A DNA stretch of 64,000 nucleotides from NCBI GenBank assembly GCA_045652625.1, contig JAZRUR010000007.1:10037-74036 (forward strand). The letters run 5' to 3'. The position numbers and the translations under genes were made by a program. Under the pieces are notes generated by a model. That model searched no databases, had not been told where the DNA came from, and saw nothing but the letters and a program-made list of their open reading frames with translations. This stretch comes from Eubacteriales bacterium. Lineage in GTDB: Bacteria; Bacillota; Clostridia; Oscillospirales; CAG-382. Positions 19,517 through 29,727 of the stretch are shown one piece after another; positions within the stretch are counted from its first letter, which is position 1, and each line of letters begins with the position of its first letter.

Positions 19517-20830
19517 TCAACGTTTAAAATGTTTTACTATGTTAATGTTGAAATCAACCGTATATGCTTCGTTAAGAATATATAAACCCTCGTATTCATC
19601 GCCAAGCGAAACACTTGCGATTGCAGTATATGAACCGTTGGGTTCGACCGTTACTCTGTCATAATCGATTGTGGCTGAGATCAATTCACTGTCGATAGCA
19701 TCTAACGCTTCTCTCGCGCCGATAACTTTTATATCAAACCCGTTATTTATCTTGTATTCAACTTCGTCAGGAAGATTCAATACCGTTATTTTATCGCTTG
19801 TTATGCGGTAGGTACGGACAGATAGTTTGGGCATGGTCACCTTTACGGTTATTTTAGAAATGCCGCTATCGTTTGTTATTCCCGACGGCAGTATAGAACC
19901 GACGTTGAATTCAAATTCTTTTTTTCCGTCGATCGTTGTTTCGTCAATGGGAATTACAAGTTCATCAATGCCGTCAAGCACCTCTGGAGAACCCGAAACC
20001 ATAACGGAATCTGCCGAAAGTTCGATCCCGACATCGCTGACATTAAACACTCCGCCGTTAAACATTACTCGAATCGGCAGATTTTTTTGTTTGGTTACGG
20101 TGACCGTCACATAAGCCGTATTTTCCGAAACCGTAACATAAGGATTATCTATAACCTTACCGCTTTTATCGCGAAGTTCAATAGCGCCGTAACCGTAAAT
20201 ATTGTCGCTTATTTCATAACCGTCAAGATTAAACTTCACGTACGCGCCCTCGATAGAATCAAGCACGGACGCGGGGCCAGAAACAACCACCGACAACGGA
20301 TTTGCGACAGAATTCACGAACGAAACGCCCTCGGTCATAACATAATCGTTTCCTGTATCGACAGAAACCGAAATAAGTTCGTCACGTTGGGTAAACTCGT
20401 CTACATATACAGTAGCGGTTGTCGACGATTGCGAAACAACCTCTATTCCGTTAGGAGAATATACAACTATGTTAAGTGTTTGGTTTCCTGCGCCTTGTGA
20501 TTGGGAAACGTCAATAACAGCGCGGAAATCCGAAGCATCAAGCGCATTCAGTTCGGAGCGTATGCCTTTTGCAACAACGGTTATAGAAGAAAACTCTTGT
20601 TCCCTCGCAAGTGTATACCCCTTGTTCTCTGCGAGTGCCGTTTCGCCCTCTATAACTACCGAAACTCCGTCAAAAGTGCGTTCGAAAAGCGTACTGTCGT
20701 AACCGATCGCATATATCCAAAGCACGAACGAGCCGATAACCGAAAGTGCAACCACAGCGACTTTTTGAAGACGCGACATACGCTTGTTTTGCTTCGCGTT
20801 GGATTCTTCGGTCTTTTTATTTGTGTTCAT
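19517..20830 (-). CDS. cdaR: YbbR-domain protein (CdaR, regulator of CdaA)
   Basis: 437 aa. N-terminal TM followed by repeated YbbR-like beta modules. Overlaps the cdaA stop by 14 nt. Confidence 0.85.
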   Translation of the reverse strand: MNTNKKTEESNAKQNKRMSRLQKVAVVALSVIGSFVLWIYAIGYDSTLFERTFDGVSVVIEGETALAENKGYTLAREQEFSSITVVAKGIRSELNALDASDFRAVIDVSQSQGAGNQTLNIVVYSPNGIEVVSQSSTTATVYVDEFTQRDELISVSVDTGNDYVMTEGVSFVNSVANPLSVVVSGPASVLDSIEGAYVKFNLDGYEISDNIYGYGAIELRDKSGKVIDNPYVTVSENTAYVTVTVTKQKNLPIRVMFNGGVFNVSDVGIELSADSVMVSGSPEVLDGIDELVIPIDETTIDGKKEFEFNVGSILPSGITNDSGISKITVKVTMPKLSVRTYRITSDKITVLNLPDEVEYKINNGFDIKVIGAREALDAIDSELISATIDYDRVTVEPNGSYTAIASVSLGDEYEGLYILNEAYTVDFNINIVKHFKR

Positions 20831-21692
20831 CCTTTGTTTCGCCGCCCTTTTTGAAAAATTTGCCTTTTACAACCTCTGCAATATGCTTTTTATCTTCTCC
20901 GAGAAGATTGTTAGCAAGATATGCTTCGACTCTTGCGCGACTAAGGTTGCGGTGAAGATTACCGTCTATCGCTATTGAAATAGCGCCTGTTTCCTCCGAA
21001 ACCACCAAAATAAGCGCATCGCTGTTTTCGCTCATACCGATAGCGGCGCGATGGCGTGTACCGAGTTCTTTAACGATATCGTCGTTAGCAGAAAGCGGGA
21101 GAAAACATCCTGCCGCATGAATACGGCCTTTACGGATTATAACCGCACCGTCATGGAGCGGTGCTTTATTATAAAATATATTGCCAAGCAAAAGCGAAGA
21201 AGTTACTGCATCAATGGTAGTACCTGTACGTATAACGTCACCAAGACGGGTGTTGCGTTCGAAAACTATAAGCGCACCCATTTTTTTCTTGGACAATTCT
21301 TCGACAGCGACAACAATTTCGCCTACCGCACTCTTCACAACGGCGGCTTCGTCACTATCGAGTCTTCCCTTGAAGTTATCGCCTACTCCGCCCACTTTTT
21401 CAAGTGCGCTTCGAAGTTCGGGCTGAAAAACTATAACGATTGCAATTAATCCTACCGAAAAGACGCCGTTGAGTATAAAATTAAGCGCACGCATTTCAAA
21501 CAGACTGCTTAAAATAAGCAAAACTGACAAAACACCGACACCGAGCAAAAGTTTGCCCGCACGGCGTCCGCGCACAAATTTTATAACCCAGAAAAGCAAC
21601 AACGCAACTATCGCGATATCAAGTAAATCTATAATACCTATACCTGCAAGTTGATTCCAAACATATTCAAGATAATCAAGAATTGCGTTCAT
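20817..21692 (-). CDS. cdaA: diadenylate cyclase CdaA
   Basis: 291 aa. Three N-terminal TMs, then a DAC domain with the DGAVII and GTRHRAA motifs. Confidence 0.93.
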   Translation of the reverse strand: MNAILDYLEYVWNQLAGIGIIDLLDIAIVALLLFWVIKFVRGRRAGKLLLGVGVLSVLLILSSLFEMRALNFILNGVFSVGLIAIVIVFQPELRSALEKVGGVGDNFKGRLDSDEAAVVKSAVGEIVVAVEELSKKKMGALIVFERNTRLGDVIRTGTTIDAVTSSLLLGNIFYNKAPLHDGAVIIRKGRIHAAGCFLPLSANDDIVKELGTRHRAAIGMSENSDALILVVSEETGAISIAIDGNLHRNLSRARVEAYLANNLLGEDKKHIAEVVKGKFFKKGGETKDEHK

Positions 21693-21741
21693 TTTCTTCT
21701 CCCCTTTCGGCCTTTTACAAGTAGAATAGTTTAATTAAAAT

Positions 21742-21770
21742 ATTTTAACATATTACACTCATCGTGTCAA
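21742..21770 (-). promoter_or_regulatory. sigma-A-type promoter of cdaA-cdaR
   Basis: Minus strand reads TTGACA (21770-21765), 17 nt, TAAAAT (21747-21742). Confidence 0.5.
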
Positions 21771-21784
21771 CGGTAGTATTTGGT

Positions 21785-22387
21785 TTATTTGTCAAAAAAA
21801 TCCTTATATTTCAACAGATTTTCTATTGCTCTGCCTCTGTGGCTGACAGCGTTTTTCTCCTCCGATGACATTTCGGCAAATGTCTTGTCAAACGGCGGAT
21901 AATAGAACACGGGATCGTACCCGAATCTGCCATCTCCGCGAAGTTCGTCTATTATAACACCTTCGCTTTCGCCGTTAACGTATAACGTTTCGCCGTCGGG
22001 ACGGCATACGCACATCGAGCATACAAATTTTGCGTTTCTTTTTGCATCGGGTTGCTTTTTAAGTTCGCTTAACAACTTTTCGATATTATCGGCATCGGTA
22101 GCGTTTTTACCTGCATATCGCGCCGAATAAACGCCGGGCGCTCCGCCAAGCGCATCGACAACAAGTCCGCTGTCATCGGCTACCGAAATCAGACCCGTAT
22201 AGTCGCAAAGTGTTTTTGCCTTGATATATGCATTACCCTCGAAACTGTCGGCGTTTTCTATTATTTCGCCGGTAAAGCCCGTTTCTTTTATTGTTATTAT
22301 TTCGGCTTCTACGCCCATTTGCTCAAAGCAAGAGCGAAATTCCGAAACCTTATGAGCGTTATTTGTAGCAAAAACGATTTTTATCAT
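21785..22387 (-). CDS. rdgB: non-canonical purine NTP pyrophosphatase (RdgB/HAM1)
   Basis: 200 aa with [29 protein letters not shown] and FGYDPVF motifs. Confidence 0.92.
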   Translation of the reverse strand: MIKIVFATNNAHKVSEFRSCFEQMGVEAEIITIKETGFTGEIIENADSFEGNAYIKAKTLCDYTGLISVADDSGLVVDALGGAPGVYSARYAGKNATDADNIEKLLSELKKQPDAKRNAKFVCSMCVCRPDGETLYVNGESEGVIIDELRGDGRFGYDPVFYYPPFDKTFAEMSSEEKNAVSHRGRAIENLLKYKDFFDK

Positions 22388-23301
22388 TCTTTTTCATCCT
22401 CAAAGAAGGCATTTATAAACTCGCTTGGATCGAACGGACGTAAATCGTCAATTCCCTCGCCTACACCGATAAACTTAACGGGTATGCCGAGTTCGCGTTT
22501 GATTGCAAGAATTATACCGCCCTTTGCCGTACCGTCGAGTTTGGTAAGAACAAGGCCCGTAATATTCGCCGCTTTGCCGAATTCCTTTGCCTGAATAAGC
22601 GCATTCTGACCTGTTGAGGCGCCCAAAACAAGCAAGGTTTCGCGCTGAGCATTGGGTGATTCTCGGTCGATAACACGGTTTATTTTAGCAAGTTCATCAA
22701 TTAGATTCTTTTTGTTATGAAGTCTTCCTGCCGTATCGACAATAAGCACGTCGCTGTTTGCCTTTTTTGCGGCGGCAACGGCATCAAAAACAACTGCGGC
22801 AGGGTCTGCTCCCTCGTTTTGACGTATTATGGGCACGTTATTTCTTTCTGCCCAAATACCAAGTTGCTCTGCGGCAGCCGCACGGAAGGTATCGGCGGGA
22901 GCAAGCATAACATTTTTGCCGCTTTCTGCAAGATAATGCGTAATTTTGCCGATAGACGTGGTCTTGCCGACACCGTTAACGCCGATGATAAGCAAAACAT
23001 TCAAACCGTCGCCCAAGTCCAATTTTCCGCTTTCGCCTACCGATTCGGTAAGTATCTTGCGGAACTCATCTCTTGCCAACGACGCGTCCTTTATCTTCTG
23101 TTCCTTAAGTCTTTCGCGCAGTTCGTTTACGAGATAGTCCGATGTTTCTACGCCGACATCTGCCATAATAAGCAGGTCGCACAGTTCTTCGAAGAAGTCG
23201 TCATCGACCTTATCGTAAGACGAAAACAAATCGTTTACAGGTTTCAAAAGCGCATCTTTGGTCTTTTTCAATCCGTTTTTTAGTTTATCGAAAAAACTCA
23301 T
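22384..23301 (-). CDS. ftsY: SRP receptor FtsY
   Basis: 305 aa with [20 protein letters not shown] and [10 protein letters not shown] motifs. Confidence 0.96.
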   Translation of the reverse strand: MSFFDKLKNGLKKTKDALLKPVNDLFSSYDKVDDDFFEELCDLLIMADVGVETSDYLVNELRERLKEQKIKDASLARDEFRKILTESVGESGKLDLGDGLNVLLIIGVNGVGKTTSIGKITHYLAESGKNVMLAPADTFRAAAAEQLGIWAERNNVPIIRQNEGADPAAVVFDAVAAAKKANSDVLIVDTAGRLHNKKNLIDELAKINRVIDRESPNAQRETLLVLGASTGQNALIQAKEFGKAANITGLVLTKLDGTAKGGIILAIKRELGIPVKFIGVGEGIDDLRPFDPSEFINAFFEDEKE

Positions 23302-23333
23302 ATTTAAGAGATATTCTCCTTAACTTGTTATAT

Positions 23334-26300
23334 TTACTCGGCGTATTCTTTGATAATATCGTCGAGTTTAGCCATGTTCAGTTTCATGTAATCGGAAATG
23401 CCCTTCTGACGCATAGTGATACCGTAGATAGTATCGGCGCGTTCCATAGTACCGCGACGGTGAGTGATAAGAATATACTGCGTCTTATCGCTGTTGCGGC
23501 GTACATACGATGCCAATTTAACGATATTTACATCGTCAAGCGCACTTTCTATTTCGTCAAATACACAGAACGGCGAGGGATTTACCTTTTGCAAAGCAAG
23601 GTACAGCGAAATCGCCGCAAACGATTGCTCACCGCCGGAAAGAAGCGAAATAGAGCGAACACTCTTACCGGGAACTTTAAGCACGATGTCGATACCGCAT
23701 TCAAGCGGAAGCAACGGGTCTGTAAGTTCTGCCCTTGCACTGCCGCCGCCGAAAAGTTCTGTAAACACGGCATTAAACTCGGTATTGATCTTTTCGAAAC
23801 ATTCAAGGAAGGTTTCTTTCATTCCCGATGCAAGTTTTGCAATAGTCTTATCGAGCGATATCCTTGTTTTGTTAAGGTCGTCGGTCTGTGCTGTAAGGAA
23901 ATCGTAACGCTCTTTCGTCACGCGGTATTCTTCAACCGCGTTAACGTTTATCACGCCCATTGCGCGGATTTTGGATTTAAGCGAAGCAAGACGTGTACTT
24001 GCCTTATCCATTTTTTCTTTGGGAAGACGGAACGACTGAGCATCCGAATAGGTAAGTTCATATTCGTCCCAAAGTTTGCCCGTTACAGTATCGTATTCGG
24101 TATTGACCGAGGTGCATTTCATTTCCGCTTCGGTAACTGCTCGGAAGGCTTCTTCCTTTGTAGCGGAAACCGTTTTTTGCTTTATACGCATCTCGTTTAA
24201 CTGTTTTTCTTTTTCTTCTCTGCCCGATATAAGGTCGGCTAAACGTTTATCGCAGTTTGCAATAACCGAATCACATTCTGCACATTCTGCATTGAGTCTG
24301 CCTATTTCGGCGATGCATTCCTTGATAACCGATTCTGCCTTTTCGATAGAAGTATTACCGATCGTAATACGTGCCGAAAGTTCGGTTTCTCGGCGAACCG
24401 AAACCGCAAGTCGTTCTCCCGCAACAGAAACCTCGTTCTTTGCGGCGAACAAAGCCATTCTCGCTTCGCTTACCTTGGCAAATGCAGTTTCCTCAACACG
24501 CTTTAAGTTTTCGGCATTAAGACGTGCATCGTCACGCGCCTTTGTTGCCTCATTAATAGCATTTAACAGTTTTTCGGTTTCAGCGGTTATGTCAGCGAGT
24601 TCAGACTCCAATTTTACCAAGATCTCACCGTCGGAAGTAAGCGAATCTATACGTCCTTCTTCCTCGGTGATACGCACCGAAAGCGAGTCTTTGGTTGCGT
24701 TATGTCCCGCTTTTGCGGTGTTTGCTTCGGAAAGAGTAACGCGAAGTGATTCGAGTTCATTATCAACTTTCGCGCAATCTGCCGTGATTTTTTCGCTTTC
24801 CGCTTCGAGTTTCGCAATATTTGCTTCGCGTTCTTTAATCTTTTCGCCAAGACGTTCGATATCCATTGCGCGAGTAAATACGCCAACCTTAACAGCAGAA
24901 GAACCGCCCGTATAACTACCACCTGCGTTAATTATCTGACCGTCAAGCGTAACTATCTTTATTCTAAAACCGCTTTCACGGGCAATCGCAGATGCCGAGT
25001 CGATATTATCGGCAATAACCGTTCTGCCGAGAAGGTCATTTACAACGCCCTCGAACTTTTTATCGTATTTAGCCAATTCGGAGGCTATACCGATATAGCC
25101 CGACATATCCTTGATCGCAGATACATCAGACTTCTTGCCGTTTACGCTCTGCAACGGCAGGAACGTCGCTCTGCCGAGTTTATTTTCTTTAAGATATCTA
25201 ATACAAGCCTTCGCGTCCGATTCTTTATCGACAACGATAAACTGCACCGATGCCGCAAGTGCTGTTTCAAGCGCGATTACATATTCGCTATCGGAAGAAA
25301 TTATATTAGAAACCGTGCCGTAAAGCCCGATTTTGTTTCCGTTATTCTTAATCTCGCCCGAGGTGCAATCGTTAATTACGCGTTTTACGCTTTCGGAATA
25401 ACCTTCAAGCAGATTTTCAAGCCTTGTAAGTTGGTCGCGGCGTTGTTCCTCGCCCGAAAGTGCGATCTTCTCTTTGGTTATCTCATCGCCGATATTACGA
25501 ATTTTTTGCAAAAGCGTTGCGCGTTCGTAATCAAGCGAAATTATCTTATTCTCGGTGTCGCTTACAAGTTTCGATGCGGTGGCAAGTGCATCGTCAATCT
25601 TTAAAAGTTCGGCTTCGAGTGCGTTCATACGCTCACGCGCGGCAGTAAGTCTGTCGGCGTTCTCCGCAGCATTGCGCTTCTCCGCTTCGAGAGATGCTTT
25701 ACATGCCGCCTCGCGCGCAGTAACCAAAGCCTTTTCGGCAACAAGAGTTTCAAGTATTGATGCCGAATTTTCACCCTTTTTATCCGCAGAAAGCGATTCG
25801 TTTCTTGCGTTTTCGTATGCAGTTTCCGCTTCTGTGGAATCTGCTTCGTATTTAGCAAGTCTTTCCTCGGCTTCTTTCTTTGCATTTTCGCACTCGGCAG
25901 TATTTTTCTCTGCCTCAGCCTTTTCGGCAACAGCGGCAGAAATAGTCGCTTTTGCCTCATTTGCCGATTCTTCGGAGTGAGCAATCTCGTTTTCGCAGAC
26001 GGCTTTTTTACCCTCTGCCTCGCCTTTTTTATGTACCGCTTCGGTCTTTTCGCGTTCACATTCGCTCATTATGCGCGAGAACTCATAACTTTCGTTAAGA
26101 ATCCTATCTGTTGCCTCATCACAAGCGGCAACCTCGCGTTCGGCGGATTCAAGCGCTATTTTTGCGGCGGCAAGGTCGGTTTCACATTCAACGCGCCTCA
26201 TACGGAGATAATCAAGTCTGTCGAGCCAAAGGGTTATTTCTATCCCTTTCTTTTCCTCGCTCAACACAAGATACTGCTTTGCATTTTCTGCCTCTTTTTC

Positions 26301-26990
26301 AAGCGGGCCTATACGCGAAGCGATTTCCGAAAGTATATCGTTTACACGGACAAGGTTGTTTTCGGTATCACGCAGTTTGCGTTCTGCTTCGAGTTTCTTA
26401 TAGCGTATTTTCGAGATACCTGCCGCTTCTTCGAAAATACTTCTGCGTTCGTCGTCTTTTTGGGAAAGCACTTCGGCTATTTTACCCTGACCGATAACAG
26501 AATAACCCTCTCTGCCTATACCTGTATCATAAAACAGTTCGTATATATCCTTCAAACGAACCTGTTTTTTATTTATGTAATACTCACTTTCGCCGCTACG
26601 GTAGAGTTTACGGGTAACCGTAACCTCGGTATAATCGGAAAGACGGTAACCGTTGCTTTTTGCCGAATCGTTTTCAGATTCGTCGGTTTCGCTTTCGATA
26701 GTGATATGGTTTGCGCGGTTATATTCCTCCTCGGTGTCGATACAAAGCGATACCGAAGCACAGTTTGCGGCAGTACGCGAGGCGGTGCCGTTAAAAATAA
26801 CGTCCTCCATTCTGCTGCCGCGCAACGATTTCGCGCTCATTTCACCCAATACCCAACGGATAGCATCGGAAATATTAGATTTACCGCTTCCGTTAGGGCC
26901 GATAATAGCGGTCACGCCGCTATCAAAATTAATGCGCGTTTTATCGGGGAAAGATTTAAATCCCTGCATTTCTATTGCTTTTAAGCGCAT
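23334..26990 (-). CDS. smc: chromosome segregation protein SMC
   Basis: 1218 aa. Walker A GPNGSGKSN, long coiled coils, a hinge, signature LSGGE and Walker B FCVFDEIESALD. Confidence 0.97.
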   Translation of the reverse strand: MRLKAIEMQGFKSFPDKTRINFDSGVTAIIGPNGSGKSNISDAIRWVLGEMSAKSLRGSRMEDVIFNGTASRTAANCASVSLCIDTEEEYNRANHITIESETDESENDSAKSNGYRLSDYTEVTVTRKLYRSGESEYYINKKQVRLKDIYELFYDTGIGREGYSVIGQGKIAEVLSQKDDERRSIFEEAAGISKIRYKKLEAERKLRDTENNLVRVNDILSEIASRIGPLEKEAENAKQYLVLSEEKKGIEITLWLDRLDYLRMRRVECETDLAAAKIALESAEREVAACDEATDRILNESYEFSRIMSECEREKTEAVHKKGEAEGKKAVCENEIAHSEESANEAKATISAAVAEKAEAEKNTAECENAKKEAEERLAKYEADSTEAETAYENARNESLSADKKGENSASILETLVAEKALVTAREAACKASLEAEKRNAAENADRLTAARERMNALEAELLKIDDALATASKLVSDTENKIISLDYERATLLQKIRNIGDEITKEKIALSGEEQRRDQLTRLENLLEGYSESVKRVINDCTSGEIKNNGNKIGLYGTVSNIISSDSEYVIALETALAASVQFIVVDKESDAKACIRYLKENKLGRATFLPLQSVNGKKSDVSAIKDMSGYIGIASELAKYDKKFEGVVNDLLGRTVIADNIDSASAIARESGFRIKIVTLDGQIINAGGSYTGGSSAVKVGVFTRAMDIERLGEKIKEREANIAKLEAESEKITADCAKVDNELESLRVTLSEANTAKAGHNATKDSLSVRITEEEGRIDSLTSDGEILVKLESELADITAETEKLLNAINEATKARDDARLNAENLKRVEETAFAKVSEARMALFAAKNEVSVAGERLAVSVRRETELSARITIGNTSIEKAESVIKECIAEIGRLNAECAECDSVIANCDKRLADLISGREEKEKQLNEMRIKQKTVSATKEEAFRAVTEAEMKCTSVNTEYDTVTGKLWDEYELTYSDAQSFRLPKEKMDKASTRLASLKSKIRAMGVINVNAVEEYRVTKERYDFLTAQTDDLNKTRISLDKTIAKLASGMKETFLECFEKINTEFNAVFTELFGGGSARAELTDPLLPLECGIDIVLKVPGKSVRSISLLSGGEQSFAAISLYLALQKVNPSPFCVFDEIESALDDVNIVKLASYVRRNSDKTQYILITHRRGTMERADTIYGITMRQKGISDYMKLNMAKLDDIIKEYAE

Positions 26991-26993
26991 ATT

Positions 26994-28004
26994 TTATACA
27001 CTCCTTACACTTACATAAGGTTCAAACCGAGGCACGTCCATAGGTGTTATTTCAACACCCAAAGCACCCGTTTTAGCCTTAATCCGATTTATTGCGGTAC
27101 CGTTATGTCCGCATAGCATCGAAACATCAGTTTTTTTGATACCGATACAAAGTATTTTGCCGTTACAATCTAATGCCTTTTCGGCAACGATATCGGCATA
27201 AACGTAACTTTTTACAAGTTCTCCGATAGCAGGGTGGTTCGCCCCGAACGGCGCATTCGCAAGATTTTCGGAAGAATGAAGTCCTATGCGAAGAACGTTT
27301 ACACCTGCATCAAGAAATATTTTATAACATTTTGCCGTACGTTCGACAGCCTCCGATAGTTCAAGCGGTTTATATTCGTTCACGCACGTCATGTCATAAA
27401 GTTCCGTCCCCTCGAACACAACTGTCGGGTAGATACGCGCTTCCTTTGCGCCCATTTTTACTATATCGCGCGCCGTTTGCATCTCGCTTTCCATAGTCGC
27501 GTTCGGCAGACCTATCATCATCTGACCGCCGAATACAAGACCGTTTTCGATAATCTTTTGCGAAGCAAAAAACGAATCTTTCGCATTATGACCTCTGTTT
27601 GACGCAGTCAACACAGCGTCGTCCGTGCTTTGCACGCCCAATTCGATATTGGTAACGCGGTAGCGTTTAAGTACCGACAAAACCTCATCATCAATACAAT
27701 CGGGTCGGGTGGAAATACGTATACTTTCGGCAACGCCTTTATCTATGTATTCATTCGCGACGGAAAGCAGTTTTTCCATACGTGTCCTGTCGATAGCGGT
27801 AAAACTTCCGCCAAAAAAAGCGATTTGGCTTTCCGAAAAAGCAGAAGTTTGTTCGCTCTCCAACAGTGCGCGAAGTTCCTCAACTTCGGTATCAATATCT
27901 TTTTCGGCAGATTCGCCCGTTATCTTCACCTGCGAACAGAAAACGCAGTTGTTGGGACAACCTGCATGAGGTACGAAAAACGGGATATTACGATGGTTCT
28001 TCAT
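26994..28004 (-). CDS. radical SAM protein (ELP3-like family, function unknown)
   Basis: 336 aa with HAGCPNNCVFCSQ (CxxxCxxC) near the N-terminus. Located between rnc and smc. Confidence 0.8.
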   Translation of the reverse strand: MKNHRNIPFFVPHAGCPNNCVFCSQVKITGESAEKDIDTEVEELRALLESEQTSAFSESQIAFFGGSFTAIDRTRMEKLLSVANEYIDKGVAESIRISTRPDCIDDEVLSVLKRYRVTNIELGVQSTDDAVLTASNRGHNAKDSFFASQKIIENGLVFGGQMMIGLPNATMESEMQTARDIVKMGAKEARIYPTVVFEGTELYDMTCVNEYKPLELSEAVERTAKCYKIFLDAGVNVLRIGLHSSENLANAPFGANHPAIGELVKSYVYADIVAEKALDCNGKILCIGIKKTDVSMLCGHNGTAINRIKAKTGALGVEITPMDVPRFEPYVSVRSV

Positions 28005-28707
28005 CTAATTCTCCCAGTAAAATCAACGCTTCTCTTGCGGCAGCCTGTTCCGCTTCGCGTTTAGACCTGCCTTTACCTTTACCGAGCAAATTCGAATTCA
28101 AGTAAACCTCATAACTGAAAACTCGGTCATGCGGAGGGCCTACTTCATCGACTAACGAATAAGTAAGAACCTCTTCGGGTGTTTGCTGAACGATACGCTG
28201 AAGTCGGGATTTATAATCCTCTGTGCCGATTTTTATAACCTTATCAACCGTCGATTCGATAAACGGAAGCACAAAGTTTTTCGCACTTTCCATGCCGCTG
28301 TCAAGATAAATAGCGGCGATAAGCGCCTCAAACGCATCGGATATCGTGCTTTTTCTGTGGCGTCCGCCCGATGAGGCAGATTCACCCTTTCCGAATAGCA
28401 TATAATCACCCAATGAAATACTGTTCGCAAACTGCGCTAAAGTATCTTCACACACAAGTGCGGCGCGGGTACGGGTCAAAAAGCCCTCGTCGACATCGGG
28501 AAAGCGGTTATACAAAAACTCAGCCGTAATCACCGACAGTATCGAATCCCCCAAAAACTCGCTTCTTTCATTGCTTACCGTAAAACCTTTTTTGCGGTTT
28601 TCGTTGCAATAAGACGAGTGGGTAAGAGCAACCGTAAGCAATTTCGTATCACGGAAGATATATTTTATTTCTTTTTCAAGAAGATGAAAATCCTTTTCTT
28701 CTCCCAT
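27988..28707 (-). CDS. rnc: ribonuclease III
   Basis: 239 aa with RNase III signature ERSEFLGDSIL and a C-terminal dsRBD (GKGKGRSKREAEQAAAREAL). Confidence 0.95.
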   Translation of the reverse strand: MGEEKDFHLLEKEIKYIFRDTKLLTVALTHSSYCNENRKKGFTVSNERSEFLGDSILSVITAEFLYNRFPDVDEGFLTRTRAALVCEDTLAQFANSISLGDYMLFGKGESASSGGRHRKSTISDAFEALIAAIYLDSGMESAKNFVLPFIESTVDKVIKIGTEDYKSRLQRIVQQTPEEVLTYSLVDEVGPPHDRVFSYEVYLNSNLLGKGKGRSKREAEQAAAREALILLGELDEEPS

Positions 28708-28713
28708 TTAAAT

Positions 28714-29724
28714 TTACTCCTCAGATATTTCGGACTTTTTTGCCATAGTCGCGGCTATTTTATCTATTGTGCCGCCCTGACAGTAAATCATAACCTGCTT
28801 TATTGCCGAACGGAACGAATATGCATCCGAACTGCCATGCGCCTTAACAACGGGTTTTGCCAATCCCAAGAACGGCGCTCCGCCGTATTCCGACGGGTCA
28901 AGACGCTTTTTTAGATTTTTGGTGTGTTTTAAAGTGAGCGCACCTGCAACGGTTGCAACCTTTGATGCATGGAAAAGGTCTTTTATGGATTTCGACATAA
29001 ACTTTCCCATACCCTCTATAAGTTTCAACGCGATATTACCTGTAAAACCGTCGCACACAAGCACATCACATTCGCCGAACGGTACTGCTTTGCCCTCGCA
29101 ATTACCGACGAAATTAATTGTTTTATCCTCGCTCAAAAGTGCATACGCCTCTGTATACAGCGGTGTGCCTTTATGAGGTTCTGTTCCGTTATTAAGCAAA
29201 GCGACACGGGGGTTTTCAACACCGAGTACGTTTTCGGCATATATCGAACCCATTTTCGCATAGAGCAACAGCACTTCTGCCGTAGCATCCAAATTAGCGC
29301 CGCAATCCAAAAGCACAAACGGCTTTTCGAGCGGAATTACCGAGCCGAGTGCGGCGCGGCGGATTCCCTTAACTCTTCTGATAATAAGCGATGCGGCGGT
29401 AAAAAGCGCACCTGTGTTACCTGCACTTACAACGGCATCCGCTTCGCCGTTTTTACAGAGATTACACGCCCAGACAAGAGTGGAATCCTTTTTTTCTTTC
29501 ATAACAACGCTCGGTTCATCGGTCATCTCGACAACGCTTTCACCGACACGCACAGTTACGTTAGAGGGGAGTTCGCCCAAAGAATCTATTGCATCCTTAG
29601 TTCCCACAAGAATAAGGTTAAGACCGTCGGAGGCGAATTCATTTGCGGCATTGATCGCGCCTAAAGCAAGTTCGCTCGGCGAGTTATCTCCGCCCATTAT
29701 ATCAACCGCTACGGTTATTTTCAT
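28714..29724 (-). CDS. plsX: phosphate acyltransferase PlsX
   Basis: 336 aa. MKITVAVDIMGGDNSP start and GNIALK motif. Confidence 0.95.
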   Translation of the reverse strand: MKITVAVDIMGGDNSPSELALGAINAANEFASDGLNLILVGTKDAIDSLGELPSNVTVRVGESVVEMTDEPSVVMKEKKDSTLVWACNLCKNGEADAVVSAGNTGALFTAASLIIRRVKGIRRAALGSVIPLEKPFVLLDCGANLDATAEVLLLYAKMGSIYAENVLGVENPRVALLNNGTEPHKGTPLYTEAYALLSEDKTINFVGNCEGKAVPFGECDVLVCDGFTGNIALKLIEGMGKFMSKSIKDLFHASKVATVAGALTLKHTKNLKKRLDPSEYGGAPFLGLAKPVVKAHGSSDAYSFRSAIKQVMIYCQGGTIDKIAATMAKKSEISEE

Positions 29725-29727
29725 TTA

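Noticed and set aside
23325-26984. Three long plus-strand ORFs (291, 279 and 335 aa) antisense to smc.
   Set aside because: Two of them are in the codon-aligned antisense frame, the same mechanism as in topA. The third is a Ser/Ala-rich translation of the complement of Glu/Ala/Lys coiled-coil codons. SMC motifs on the minus strand are unambiguous.
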